Shown here one piece after another: positions 39,379 through 49,526 of a stretch of 64,000 nucleotides of DNA. The translations under genes and the position numbers were made by a program. The stretch comes from a virus (Duplodnaviria > Caudoviricetes), in the IMG/VR virus record IMGVR_UViG_2832410175_000003, positions 64,001-128,000 of that record. One strand, given 5' to 3'. A model generated the notes under the pieces. It worked only from the letters and a program-made list of their open reading frames with translations. It ran no database searches and was not told the origin of the DNA. The stretch's first letter is position 1; every line of letters starts with the position of its first letter.

Positions 39379-42300
39379 TTTTTCAGAACTACCACAAACA
39401 CACAACCTACAGTAACCCTCGCGTCAGCGACTCGGTCGTGACCTACGAGGATTACGCCAAACGTGCCGTCGAGCTCGGACATTCCATTCTGTCCAGCTGC
39501 GAGCATGGCTGGCAGGGGAGATATATCGAGTGCTACGACCTCGCAAAGCAGTACGGTCTGAAGTTCCTGTTCGCCGCTGAGGCTTACTGGGTCTGGGATC
39601 GTCACGAGGAAGACCGTTCCAACTGTCATATTTGGGTTGGCGCGAAGAACGAAAACGGCCGCGAATGGATTAACGAGGTTCTCAGTCAGGCGAACGAGGA
39701 TGGTTTCTACTACCAGCCGCGACTGGATGAAGAGCTTCTCGACCTGCTTCCGGCGGGCGACGTTTGGATCACAACTGCCTGTGTTGCCGGATGGAAGTAT
39801 CTCGGCGAAGAAGAAGAACGGCTCAAGGCTCTATGGAAGAAGCTGTACGACAAACATGGTGACAACTTCATGTTTGAGGTGCAGTACCACCCCTCTGAAC
39901 GGCAGAAAGAGCTGAACCGTTACATTCTGAATCTGCGAAAAGAGATTCCCGCACCGATTATCATGGGCTGCGACAGCCACTACATCGAGGAAAACGGCGC
40001 AGAACTCCGCTCCGACTTTCTTCTTTCCAAAGAAGACCGCAAGGCTTACGATGACGAGGAAGAATGGTTCATGGATTACCCGGATGGCGACACTGCCGTC
40101 CGACGCTTCCGCGAGCAGGGTGTCTTGACAGAAGCTGAGATCACGGAGGCAATCGACCGGACAAACTGTTTCCTCGAAGTTGAGGAGTACGAGTGCGATA
40201 TCTTCGACGACAGCCTGAAGCTGTTCTCACTCCACCCAGATTGGACACAAGAGCAGAAAAATGCCGAGTATCTTCGTTTGGTTGATGAAGGCTGGCAGAA
40301 CTACAAGGCCGAGGTTGCCACGGATCTGCTTTCAAAATATGAAAAAGAGATCAAATCCGAAACCGACACGGTTGTCGAGTGCCACATGGCAGACTACTTC
40401 ATTGATAATTACCACGTCATCAGGCGAGGAAAAGAGCTCGGCGGCCATTTGACTAATACTGGTCGAGGAAGCGCGGTTAGTTTCTTTACCAACAAGCTGC
40501 TCGGATTTACTGAGGTTGACCGAATCGCAGCCAAGGTAAAGATGTATCCTGAACGCTTTATGACCGCAACTCGAATCCTCGAAACCCACAGTTTGCCGGA
40601 TATTGACTTCAATGTAGCTGAACAGGATATCTTCGCAGAAGGTCAGGCTCAGGTCTGCGGCCGTGACCATGCGGTTCAGATGCTTGCTTACGGCACGCAA
40701 AAAGCGTCAGCTGCGTGGAAGATGTTTGCGAAGTCACAGAATATCGACTTTGCTACGGCGAATGAAGTGTCCGCCCAGATTAAACGATATGAGAACAAGC
40801 TCCATACCGTTGATGAGGAAGAGAAGGACACCATCGACATCATGGACTACATCGACAAGCGATTCCATGACGTTTACCTCCGTTCGACCGAGTATCAGGG
40901 CATCATCACGAGCTGGTCCCCAGCACCGTGCGCGTTCCTGTTATATCAGGGCAGTATTCGCCGCAAGATTGGTCTTGTAAAGATCAAAGACAGAATCTGC
41001 TGCGCAATGGATGGTCACTGGGCGGAGAAGAATCACTTCCTGAAGAATGACTTGCTCCGTGTTGCCGTGGTTGACCTTATCAATAAAGGGTACACTCGTG
41101 CCGGTCTTAAAGTCCCGACCGTGAATGAACTGCTCGCTATGTGCCCGTCGGAAGACCCCGTGTGGGATATTTACCGCAAGGGCTGTACACTCGGTATCAA
41201 TCAGGTTGAGCAGCCGGGAACTGCCAGCCGAGTAGGCGTTTACGCGCCGACCAATATTTCCGAGCTTTGCGCGTTCATCGCCGCAATTCGCCCGGGATTT
41301 AAGTCAATGTATAAGATTTTCGAATCTCGACAGGACTTTTCGTATGACGTTAAGCCGTTCGACGACCTGCTTCGCACGGAAGAGCTACCGCAGTCGTTCT
41401 GCTTGTATCAGGAACAACAGATGGCAGTGCTGAACTACGCCGGCTTTCCGATGTCAGAATGTTACGCGGCGATTAAGAACATTGCTAAGAAACGTAAAGA
41501 GAAAGTTCTTGCTTATCATGAGCGATTTATCAACGCATTCTCAAAACGACTGGTCGAACAGGAAAACATCAATAAAACTGATGCCGCTGAAAAGGCTAAA
41601 AATGTTTGGAAAATCATCGAAGATGCTGCCCAGTATGCCTTTAATAGCAGTCATTCGTACAGTGTTTCTTTGGACTCCCTTTACGGTGCATGGCTCAAAC
41701 AGCATCATCCTCTCGCGTTCTATGAAACCTTCATGCGTATCATGGACGAGAAGGGAGACAAGGACAAGCTCGCCGCCGCCAAGGATGAAGCCGAAAGCTA
41801 CTTTAATATCAAGTTCCCGCCGTTCAAATTTGGTCAGGATAACCGAAAGGTAACCGCAGACGAAGAGAACAACGCAATCAGCAACGCGCTGACCTCTATC
41901 AAGGGATTCAACAAGGCTGCCGCCGTTGCTCTTTATGAGCTCGGGCAGGAGCCGCCGAAGTACCTTTCCGACGTTCTTCTGGCTCTCCGACCAAAGAGCA
42001 TTATGAAGTCCACCACCGAGCCTCTGGCTCAAATCAGCTACTTCTCAAGCTACGGCAACGACCGCGAGGTTCTAAACATCATCGCTCTGTGCGAGGAGTT
42101 CGGATACGGTGCAAAAGCATCCATGCCGCGAGAGCGCGTTGATAACAGCTTTCTGGCTGATATTGTACCGAAGTACGCCGACGGTCTCAAGAAGGACGGC
42201 CAGCCAGCGACAAGATATACGTTCACGAGCCTGCAGATGAGTACCTTGAAAGACGAAAAAAAGCGGCTCGCGGCCGCTCTTAAAAAGAACCCAACGCCGG

Positions 42301-42731
42301 AACTGGAAGAACAGCTTCTCGCTGTCGAGCAGGAAATTGCTGAGGAACTGAAGCGAATCGTCGCTCAGGTGCTCCGCGAATGTGAAGACCGTGTACTGGC
42401 GGCAGGTATCGAAGACCTTCCGTTCCGCGTGAAGATTGAGAACCAGCAGGAAATTCTCGGGTATGTGGACATCCGGACAGGCAAGGAAGAAGACCGCAGA
42501 CTTGTTCTCGTGTCGGATTTTCGGCCACTTTTGAGTAAAGACACCGGAAAACCGTGGGGTTATGCTTGCTTTACACAGTCACTTGGTTCTGGTAAGCGCA
42601 TTCGATTGACGCTTCGGTCGCGGCAGTACGACCAGAATCCAATCAAAAACGGCAGCATCATTTACGTTGACCGATGCACGAAGAACAAATCCGGCTATTG
42701 GTATCTTGACCAGTATCATCTGGTCGGTTAA
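39375..42731 (+). CDS. dnaE: DNA polymerase III alpha subunit (start probably non-canonical ATA/ATT)
   Basis: PHP NYHKHT lies upstream of the first GTG (39438); DSHY, GRGSA, PDID, RPG, YQEQ, FNSSHS. Confidence 0.9.
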   Translation: MIFQNYHKHTTYSNPRVSDSVVTYEDYAKRAVELGHSILSSCEHGWQGRYIECYDLAKQYGLKFLFAAEAYWVWDRHEEDRSNCHIWVGAKNENGREWINEVLSQANEDGFYYQPRLDEELLDLLPAGDVWITTACVAGWKYLGEEEERLKALWKKLYDKHGDNFMFEVQYHPSERQKELNRYILNLRKEIPAPIIMGCDSHYIEENGAELRSDFLLSKEDRKAYDDEEEWFMDYPDGDTAVRRFREQGVLTEAEITEAIDRTNCFLEVEEYECDIFDDSLKLFSLHPDWTQEQKNAEYLRLVDEGWQNYKAEVATDLLSKYEKEIKSETDTVVECHMADYFIDNYHVIRRGKELGGHLTNTGRGSAVSFFTNKLLGFTEVDRIAAKVKMYPERFMTATRILETHSLPDIDFNVAEQDIFAEGQAQVCGRDHAVQMLAYGTQKASAAWKMFAKSQNIDFATANEVSAQIKRYENKLHTVDEEEKDTIDIMDYIDKRFHDVYLRSTEYQGIITSWSPAPCAFLLYQGSIRRKIGLVKIKDRICCAMDGHWAEKNHFLKNDLLRVAVVDLINKGYTRAGLKVPTVNELLAMCPSEDPVWDIYRKGCTLGINQVEQPGTASRVGVYAPTNISELCAFIAAIRPGFKSMYKIFESRQDFSYDVKPFDDLLRTEELPQSFCLYQEQQMAVLNYAGFPMSECYAAIKNIAKKRKEKVLAYHERFINAFSKRLVEQENINKTDAAEKAKNVWKIIEDAAQYAFNSSHSYSVSLDSLYGAWLKQHHPLAFYETFMRIMDEKGDKDKLAAAKDEAESYFNIKFPPFKFGQDNRKVTADEENNAISNALTSIKGFNKAAAVALYELGQEPPKYLSDVLLALRPKSIMKSTTEPLAQISYFSSYGNDREVLNIIALCEEFGYGAKASMPRERVDNSFLADIVPKYADGLKKDGQPATRYTFTSLQMSTLKDEKKRLAAALKKNPTPELEEQLLAVEQEIAEELKRIVAQVLRECEDRVLAAGIEDLPFRVKIENQQEILGYVDIRTGKEEDRRLVLVSDFRPLLSKDTGKPWGYACFTQSLGSGKRIRLTLRSRQYDQNPIKNGSIIYVDRCTKNKSGYWYLDQYHLVG

Positions 42732-42740
42732 GGAGGAAGA

Positions 42741-43366
42741 CATGATTAAGAGACACATAGTAGAAATCATCGAAGAATTGGACAAGGACGGGAAGGTTGT
42801 CTCCCGAACGACGACTACCACGGATGAGACAGACGACAACCATTACGGAAGTTATTATCCGCCGATTACGCAGAACCCGTTTTACGCGGAAACGCCGGAG
42901 GACTCAAAGTACGCCGTATGATTCCTAAATTCCCAAACCCTAAGAACCCACGAGATCCCGATTATGTTCCGGAGATTATCGGCCGCTGTGAAAACTGCGG
43001 CAATGAGTTATCTCCGGATTGGGAGCTCTGGAAAGATAAAGACAGCAACCTGTTTTGCTGCGAAGAATGTGCCATCTCGTATAATGGCATCCGCGAAATC
43101 GACGACCTGTTTTAAGAAAGAGAGTGATGAGAATGGAAGAAATGTCAAAGACCGCGATGGAAACCATCGTAGACTACAACCAGCAGGACGACACAGCACA
43201 TGTGTTCACATATGACCCTGCGCTCCAGAAGAAGATGGACAAGCTCTGCGCCGATCATCCCGAAGAGGTTTGTATGACAATTGAGTGCAACGGTTCTAAG
43301 AACTACACGTTCCCAAAGAGCTGGCTCAAGATTACCGCACCGCGCAAGAAGAAGGTGACCGCGTGA
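42741..43366 (+). other. Three small hypothetical ORFs
   Basis: RBS and overlapping codons. Confidence 0.6.
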
Positions 43367-44217
43367 ACGTAAAGTTACTCGCTTGGACACCAATGCCGGA
43401 ACTTGTTGTCGCGGCGGCCGGCAAGGGTTGTTACTCTTCCGGCACGGCTGCGGATATTCTGGGGGACATTACTCCGGAACAGGCGGCAAAGTTCATCCGA
43501 CAGATTAAACGTTCCGGTCATACTTCTGTTCTAGAGCATGCGTCTTTTACGTTCGGTATCGACGGGATATCCCGCTCTCTGCTTGCACAGATTACGCGCC
43601 ATCGTATCGCATCTTTTTCGGTGCAGAGTCAGCGCTATGTCAATATGGCAAAGCCGGAGTTCGTGATGCCGGAGGCTGTAAAGAATAATCTGGCCGCCAA
43701 GCTGATGTTCGAGAACTGCATGGAGACGATCAGAGCGACCTACAGCGACATTCACGCAACACTCATGAGCGAAAAGCTCCGTGAGAAGTACGCGCAGTAC
43801 GCAATCGGCGACTTCAATATCGAGTTCCGCAACAGCGGCCAGTTCTTCTATCTGCAGCTTGACGCCATTATGGAGCAGAAGAAGAACGAGGACGAAGCGC
43901 TGTATAAACAGTACAAGAAAGATCGCTCGGCGGCTGAAAAATACGCTAACGAGAATGCCCGCTGCGTGCTCCCAAATGCCGCAGGAACGTCGTTCTCTGT
44001 AACCATGAATGCACGCGAATTGCTCAGTTTCTTCGCTCTACGGTGCTGTAATCGCGCACAGGACGAGATTAGAGAGCTGGCGGAGCAAATGTTAGTTTTA
44101 TGCCAGAAGGTTGCGCCGACTATCTTTGAAAACGCCGGTGCGCCGTGTGTTTCCGGCTCCTGTCCCGAGGGTGTCATGACATGCGGACATCCGAAGACCC
44201 GCCAGAAGGGAGAATAA
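43363..44217 (+). CDS. thyX: FAD-dependent thymidylate synthase
   Basis: GHTSVLEH, RHRIASFSVQSQRY, NAR, AQDEIR. Confidence 0.95.
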   Translation: MNVKLLAWTPMPELVVAAAGKGCYSSGTAADILGDITPEQAAKFIRQIKRSGHTSVLEHASFTFGIDGISRSLLAQITRHRIASFSVQSQRYVNMAKPEFVMPEAVKNNLAAKLMFENCMETIRATYSDIHATLMSEKLREKYAQYAIGDFNIEFRNSGQFFYLQLDAIMEQKKNEDEALYKQYKKDRSAAEKYANENARCVLPNAAGTSFSVTMNARELLSFFALRCCNRAQDEIRELAEQMLVLCQKVAPTIFENAGAPCVSGSCPEGVMTCGHPKTRQKGE

Positions 44218-44218
44218 G

Positions 44219-44758
44219 TTGGCACATATCATCATTGTAAATGGACCCGCGAGAAGCGGAAAGGACACATTTTGTTCTTTGTGCCGAGACCGGGCTTATT
44301 TCTACGATATGCTGATCGCACAGATCAGCTCTGTAGATATCATCAAGGAAGTCGCTCGACGGCTTGGCTGGAACGGTGAGAAGGACGACAAGTCCAGAAA
44401 GTTCTTGTCTGACCTGAAAGACCTGTCGACGCAGTATTCCGACGCGCCGCTTGAGTATCTGACCAAGGAATTCAATCGGGTAAAGGATCACGACAACGTC
44501 ATGCTGTTCATGCACATCCGTGAACCGGAGGAGATTCAGCGAGCCAAGGAACGTTTTGACGCTCTGACGCTGCTGATTAAGCGACCGGGTTACGAGCCAA
44601 TCCAGAGCAACCACGCCGACCGTGATGTTGACCAGTTCGATTACGATTATACGATTGTAAATAACGGCACGATGCAGGATCTGGAACAGCAGGCCAGCGA
44701 TTTCATCGAAAAGGTAAAGGGCGGCTACTTTGAAAAACGCCGCGAGGAAGTTAAGTAA
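44219..44758 (+). CDS. P-loop (deoxy)nucleotide kinase-like protein
   Basis: NGPARSGKDT; WNGEKDDKSRKFL. Confidence 0.7.
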   Translation: MAHIIIVNGPARSGKDTFCSLCRDRAYFYDMLIAQISSVDIIKEVARRLGWNGEKDDKSRKFLSDLKDLSTQYSDAPLEYLTKEFNRVKDHDNVMLFMHIREPEEIQRAKERFDALTLLIKRPGYEPIQSNHADRDVDQFDYDYTIVNNGTMQDLEQQASDFIEKVKGGYFEKRREEVK

Positions 44759-44769
44759 GAAGGGTGCCT

Positions 44770-47220
44770 ATGCTAAAAATCCAGAAGAAAGATGGTTCTA
44801 TCGAAGCGTTCTCCAGTCAAAAGATCGTTTCCGCGATTCGTAAGTCCGCTAATCGTGCTATGTATGACCTGTCCGATGAACAATGCCGCCGCGTTGTTGA
44901 TTTGACGTTGACTCACCTTGCAGAGCATGGCGGGGACGTTGCTCCGGTTGCAAACGTACACAATGCAGTCGAGAGAGCTCTGGACGATGTAGCTCCAGAT
45001 GTGGCCAAGTGTTATCGCGATTATCGCAACTACAAGCAGGATTTTGTCCATATGCTCGATGATGTCTACCGCAAGAGTCAGGCAATTCGTTATATCGGTG
45101 ACCGAAATAATGCCAACACGGATTCCGCTCTGGTTCCGACTCAGCGTAGTTTGATTTACAATGAGCTGTCCAGTGCATTGTATAAGAAATTCTTCTTGAA
45201 TCGAGAAGAGCGCGAGGCTATGAAAGACGGTTACATCTACATTCATGACCGATCTGCACGACTTGACACGATGAATTGCTGCCTTTTCGACATGGAGAAC
45301 GTCCTAACTGGCGGCTTTGAGATGGGCAATGTCTGGTACAATGAGCCAAAGACGCTTGACGTGGCGTTCGATGTTATCTCCGATGTTGCAATCAGCGCGG
45401 CCGCTTGTCAGTATGGCGGATTCACCATCCCTGAAGTAGACAAGATTTTGGCTCCTTATGCCGAAAAATCGTACCAGAAATACTTTGAGGAGTACACAGA
45501 AATTGCGGTTTACAACAATCTTGGCGACCACGAGGATGTACTGACCGCCGCCGATGAGTATGCTGTGAAGAAGGTTCAGCGTGATATGGAACAGGGATTC
45601 CAGTCTTGGGAATATCGTTTCAACACGGTTGGTTCCAGTCGCGGTGATTATCCGTTCATTGCGGTTTCGTTTGGTCTTGACAATTCTCGCTTCGGCCGAA
45701 TGGCATCCATGACTTGTATGAACGTTCGAGCAGGCGGACAGGGAGCTGCTGGGCATAAAAAGCCAGTGCTGTTCCCGAAACTGACGTTCCTTTATGATGA
45801 GGAGCTTCATGGAGAAGGGAAACCGATGGAAGACGTCTTTGAGTGTGGAGTAGATTGCAGTACCAAGGCCATGTATCCAGATTTTCTTTCGTTGACCGGC
45901 GAGGGCTATATTCCTTCTATGTATAAGAAGTATGGCCGTGTCGTGTCACTCATGGGTTGAGAAAAGCACCGTAGCCCATGTAAAATTCCGCGAACCTGCA
46001 AATGCAGGGTGTGAGGGCGGCGTTTAGTGTGAGTAGGAAATGACTCGTTAACGTCCTTGCTAACAGGGAAGGCTTGTGAAAGCAAGATAATCGCTGTGCT
46101 ATGAAAATGTGAAACGACTACCGAAAGGGTATCTGAGGCGAAAGTAGGGTTGCCTCAGAGAGTAACCGAGTAGGGTACACAGTAGGTGAGAATCCTGCTG
46201 TGGAAGCGCGGAAAGCTGACCTAACAGCTATGATATAGTCTGAGCGGCATAGTCCGCTTGTGCAGAGCTTCGCTCTCGCCTTGGTTTGAACGAGGAGGAG
46301 AGCACCCAGAAGACGAGAACGACAAGCCCGTCTTCGTTGGCCGATTTAATCTCGGCGCAATTTCCCTTCATTTGCCGATGATTTTGGCAAAGTCCCGTCA
46401 GGAGAACCGCGACTTCTACGAGGTGCTTGACTACTACCTCGAGATGATTCGAAATCTCCATAAGAAGACCTACGATTATCTGGCCGAGAAGAAGGCTTCT
46501 ACCAATCCACTTGGTTTCTGTCAGGGAGGCTTCCTTGGCGGCCATCTTGAACCAGAGGAGAAGATTGGCAAGCTGCTCCCGCCAATGACCGCATCATTCG
46601 GTATTACTGCTTTGAATGAACTGCAGGAGCTGTATAACGGCAAGTCTATCGTCGAGGATGGCGCGTTCGCGCTGGAAGTGATGCAGTACATCAACAAGAA
46701 GGCCGAGGAGTTCAAAAGGGCAGACCACATTCTGTACGCTCTCTACGGAACGCCGGCCGAATCCCTTTGTGGATTACAGATTGAACAGTTCCGCAAGAAG
46801 TATGGCATCGTAAAGGGCGTATCCGACCGACCGTATGTATCGAATAGCTTCCATTGCGGTGTTTGGGAGAACATCACTCCGCCGCAGAAGCAGGATCTCG
46901 AAAATCGCTTCTGGGATTTGTTCAATGGCGGCAAAATCCAGTATTGTCGATACCCGGTATCTTACAACAAAGGTGCCCTCCGTTCGCTGATTCGCCGAGC
47001 GATGAAACTGGGATTCTACGAAGGCGTAAACCTGTCGTTGGCGTACTGTGAGAAGTGCGGGTATGAACAGCTTGATATGGATGTCTGCCCGAAGTGCGGA
47101 TCGACTGACGTCACAAAGATTGATAGGATGAATGGCTATCTTGGTTATACTCGTGTTCACGGCAAGACACGATACAACGACGCTAAGAACGCAGAAATCA
47201 AAGACCGCGTCAGCATGTAA
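44770..47220 (+). CDS. nrdD: Anaerobic ribonucleoside-triphosphate reductase, split by a group I intron (exons 44770-45957, 46261-47220)
   Basis: ATP cone, IHD, NCC; spliced MG|CRASL; TPAESL, CxxC pairs, RMNGY glycyl-radical motif. Confidence 0.93.
45958..46260 (+). ncRNA. Group I self-splicing intron (303 nt, no ORF)
   Basis: 5' exon ends in T, intron ends in G; P7 pair GACTA (46116-46120) / GATATAGTC (46232-46240); P9 hairpin AGCGG..CCGCT; removal restores frame. Confidence 0.88.
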
Positions 47221-47230
47221 GAGGTGAAGC

Positions 47231-47734
47231 ATGAATTATCATAACATTACCAAGGATGACATGCTGAACGGAACCGGCCTGCGTGTCGTATTATGGGTAT
47301 CGGGGTGCGCTCATGCGTGCCCCGGTTGCCAGAACCCACAGACGTGGGAACAGATGTCTGGTATCCCATTTGACAAAGAAGCGATGGACGAGATTCGTGT
47401 AGAGCTTCAGAAAGATTATATCGACGGAATTACACTGTCTGGCGGTGACCCTCTGTTCCCGGGTAATCGTGGAGCGGTAACTCGCTTGCTCCAGACAATC
47501 CGTGAAGAGTTTCCGGATAAAACCATTTGGCTGTATACTGGCTATTCGTATGAGCAGGTATGCACTTTACCTGCTGTGGAACTGGCCGATGTCCTTGTCG
47601 ATGGAGAATATCTGGAGACCAAAAGAGACGTAAACGCGCCGTGGGTCGGAAGTACCAACCAGCGCGTAATTGATATTAAAAAGACCGCGACGAGCGGGAA
47701 AATTACCTTGTGGGAGGACAAACATTGTATTTAA
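47231..47734 (+). CDS. nrdG: Anaerobic RNR activating enzyme
   Basis: GCAHACPGCQN radical SAM motif, GGDPL, GSTNQRVI. Confidence 0.95.
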   Translation: MNYHNITKDDMLNGTGLRVVLWVSGCAHACPGCQNPQTWEQMSGIPFDKEAMDEIRVELQKDYIDGITLSGGDPLFPGNRGAVTRLLQTIREEFPDKTIWLYTGYSYEQVCTLPAVELADVLVDGEYLETKRDVNAPWVGSTNQRVIDIKKTATSGKITLWEDKHCI

Positions 47735-48240
47735 CCGTAGCAGAATTTGACACCGTGAGCTATCCGCAGTTCACGGCAGACGTAAAAAAATGCAACCCGC
47801 TCATTTCGGAGGGTTGCATCGAAGATATGTGGCGCGACCTTGTTTTCCCTGATCGCGCGACTGAAGGCAGTGCAGGATATGACTTCCGCGTGCCGTATGA
47901 CATTATCCTTGAACCGGGTGAGTCGGCACTGATCCCGACCGGTATGCGCTGCCAGATCGAAGAAGGCTGGGTGCTGATGCTGTTCCCACGTTCCAGTATG
48001 GGCTTCAAGTACCGTATGCAGCTTGATAATGGCACAGGTATTGTGGACGGGGACTACATTTTCGCCGAGAACGAAGGTCACATCATGGCAAAGATTACGA
48101 ACGACAGCCGCGAAGGCAAGACAATGCACCTGCGAGCGGGTGACCGATTTATGCAGGGCGTGTTCGTTCCTTACGGCGTCACGGTTGATGACGAGCCAAG
48201 AGGGAAGAGAACCGGCGGCCTCGGCTCCACTGGCAATTAA
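47725..48240 (+). CDS. dut: dUTPase
   Basis: SAGYD, PRSSMG, GIVDGDY, RTGGLGSTG. Confidence 0.92.
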   Translation: MYLTVAEFDTVSYPQFTADVKKCNPLISEGCIEDMWRDLVFPDRATEGSAGYDFRVPYDIILEPGESALIPTGMRCQIEEGWVLMLFPRSSMGFKYRMQLDNGTGIVDGDYIFAENEGHIMAKITNDSREGKTMHLRAGDRFMQGVFVPYGVTVDDEPRGKRTGGLGSTGN

Positions 48241-48284
48241 AAAGAGACGTCGAGGTACCTTCTCAACGTCTCGGTGGCAGCCAG

Positions 48285-48380
48285 TTACTTGTTGCCAAAG
48301 AACTTTCGCTCAATCCAGAACCATGCACCCGCCGAAGCGATGCCGATTATGAACTGAACTACCATTAGTTGCAGTGACAT
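48285..48380 (-). CDS. 31-aa hydrophobic peptide, type I toxin-like
   Basis: MSLQLMVVQFIIGIASAGAWFWIERKFFGNK; TTGACT-N18-TATAAT promoter; SD sequestered in CTCCTTT-TTCG-AAAGGAG hairpin; terminator near 48241-48272. Confidence 0.7.
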   Translation of the reverse strand: MSLQLMVVQFIIGIASAGAWFWIERKFFGNK

Positions 48381-48605
48381 GAGTTTCCTCCTTTCGAAAA
48401 AGGAGAATAGCAAATTGATCCGTATTACCAAAGGCCACCAACGGCATTATACTGCAGTGGATAGCGAATAGTCAAATAAAAAGAGCCGGCTCACTAACAA
48501 TTACAACAACGTGCTCGCGACTGCCTTAAAGATCGCAAACAACAAAGAACAGCGATTCAAGAAGAAAAAAGGAGCGGCTTTGCCGCTCCAAGCACCGAAG
48601 AGACT

Positions 48606-48716
48606 TCAGGTAAGCTGTTCAATGAAGAATTTCAGCGCGCCCCAAAGGGCGGCCGCAAGCACTCCATACGCTACCGTAGCAGCGGAACAGCAAACTTTAG
48701 ATCGAAAGTCTCTCAT
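48606..48716 (-). CDS. 36-aa hydrophobic peptide, type I toxin-like
   Basis: MRDFRSKVCCSAATVAYGVLAAALWGALKFFIEQLT; AAGGAGG RBS; TTGACG-N17-TATGAT promoter; GGAGCGGC-aaa-GCCGCTCC-T6 terminator. Confidence 0.65.
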   Translation of the reverse strand: MRDFRSKVCCSAATVAYGVLAAALWGALKFFIEQLT

Positions 48717-48881
48717 AGTAACCTCCTTTTACAGAAGGCGACGCAGTCGAGTAGGTAAGAGACTGCGAAAATCCGCCGAATTGCGGGTGATTCTGGTGGT
48801 GCAATACCAATCATACCGCGTTTTCTAAAATTCGTCAAGGTTCGCTGTATCCGTAAAAAAAAGGCACCCGAAAAGGGTGCC

Positions 48882-49172
48882 TCACCTATTGGGATGGATA
48901 TACCACACGCCCTCGGGCGTTTTCCAAACCTTCGTCCGATGATTGCCGATTTTAACCCCGTACTCGGTAGCACGAAGGTCTTTATTGAACATGCAGCCGG
49001 TGACGAGACGTATACGATAGCCTTTGTTGAGATAGCTTATCAGCTCTGGTTGTGATGTGTGCGGATTGAGTGTCACACTAACTTCGGCAAACCCTGCGCG
49101 CTGTTCAATCGGCGGCAGAGTAACCGGAGAATACTTTGCATATGCGGCGTTGCCGCTGATGGGGTCGTACAT
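48882..49172 (-). CDS. Hypothetical protein, predicted SOS-inducible
   Basis: GAGGTG RBS; terminator at 48855-48882. Confidence 0.7.
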   Translation of the reverse strand: MYDPISGNAAYAKYSPVTLPPIEQRAGFAEVSVTLNPHTSQPELISYLNKGYRIRLVTGCMFNKDLRATEYGVKIGNHRTKVWKTPEGVWYIHPNR

Positions 49173-49189
49173 AGTATCACCTCAAACCC

Positions 49190-49218
49190 ATTATAGAACA
49201 AATGTTCGATAAAATCAA
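49190..49218 (-). promoter_or_regulatory. SigA promoter with LexA box in the spacer
   Basis: TTGATT-N17-TATAAT overlapping CGAAC-ATTT-GTTCT (49195-49208). Confidence 0.82.
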
Positions 49219-49319
49219 GCGTACAATTAAATAAAGGTTTAGGGCGCTTCGCACCCCATTTTTTTCGAATTATTGTAAACCTTATAAAAGTATGCTATTA
49301 TAAAGAAAGGTTCTAATAG

Positions 49320-49526
49320 ATGAAAACTTATAAATTGCTGACTGCCGATGAAGTGTCCAAGTCATTAGGCGTTTCGGTGTCCTATGCTTATAAGATTATC
49401 CGCCAGTTGAATGATGAACTTCAAAATCAAGGGTATCTTACAATACATGGGAAAATCGATTCGTCATATTTTCAGAAGCGGTTCTTCCCCTCTTTTGGGA
49501 AGGAGGATATTTATGCCTCAGTATAA
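49320..49526 (+). CDS. xis: Excisionase-like HTH protein
   Basis: EVSKSLGVSVSYAYKIIRQLNDEL..GYLTIHGKI..YF..RF; overlaps int. Confidence 0.75.
   Translation: MKTYKLLTADEVSKSLGVSVSYAYKIIRQLNDELQNQGYLTIHGKIDSSYFQKRFFPSFGKEDIYASV

Noticed and set aside
37009-42731. Inteins in DnaB/DnaE
   Set aside because: Lengths are normal and no C/S..HN splice motifs were seen
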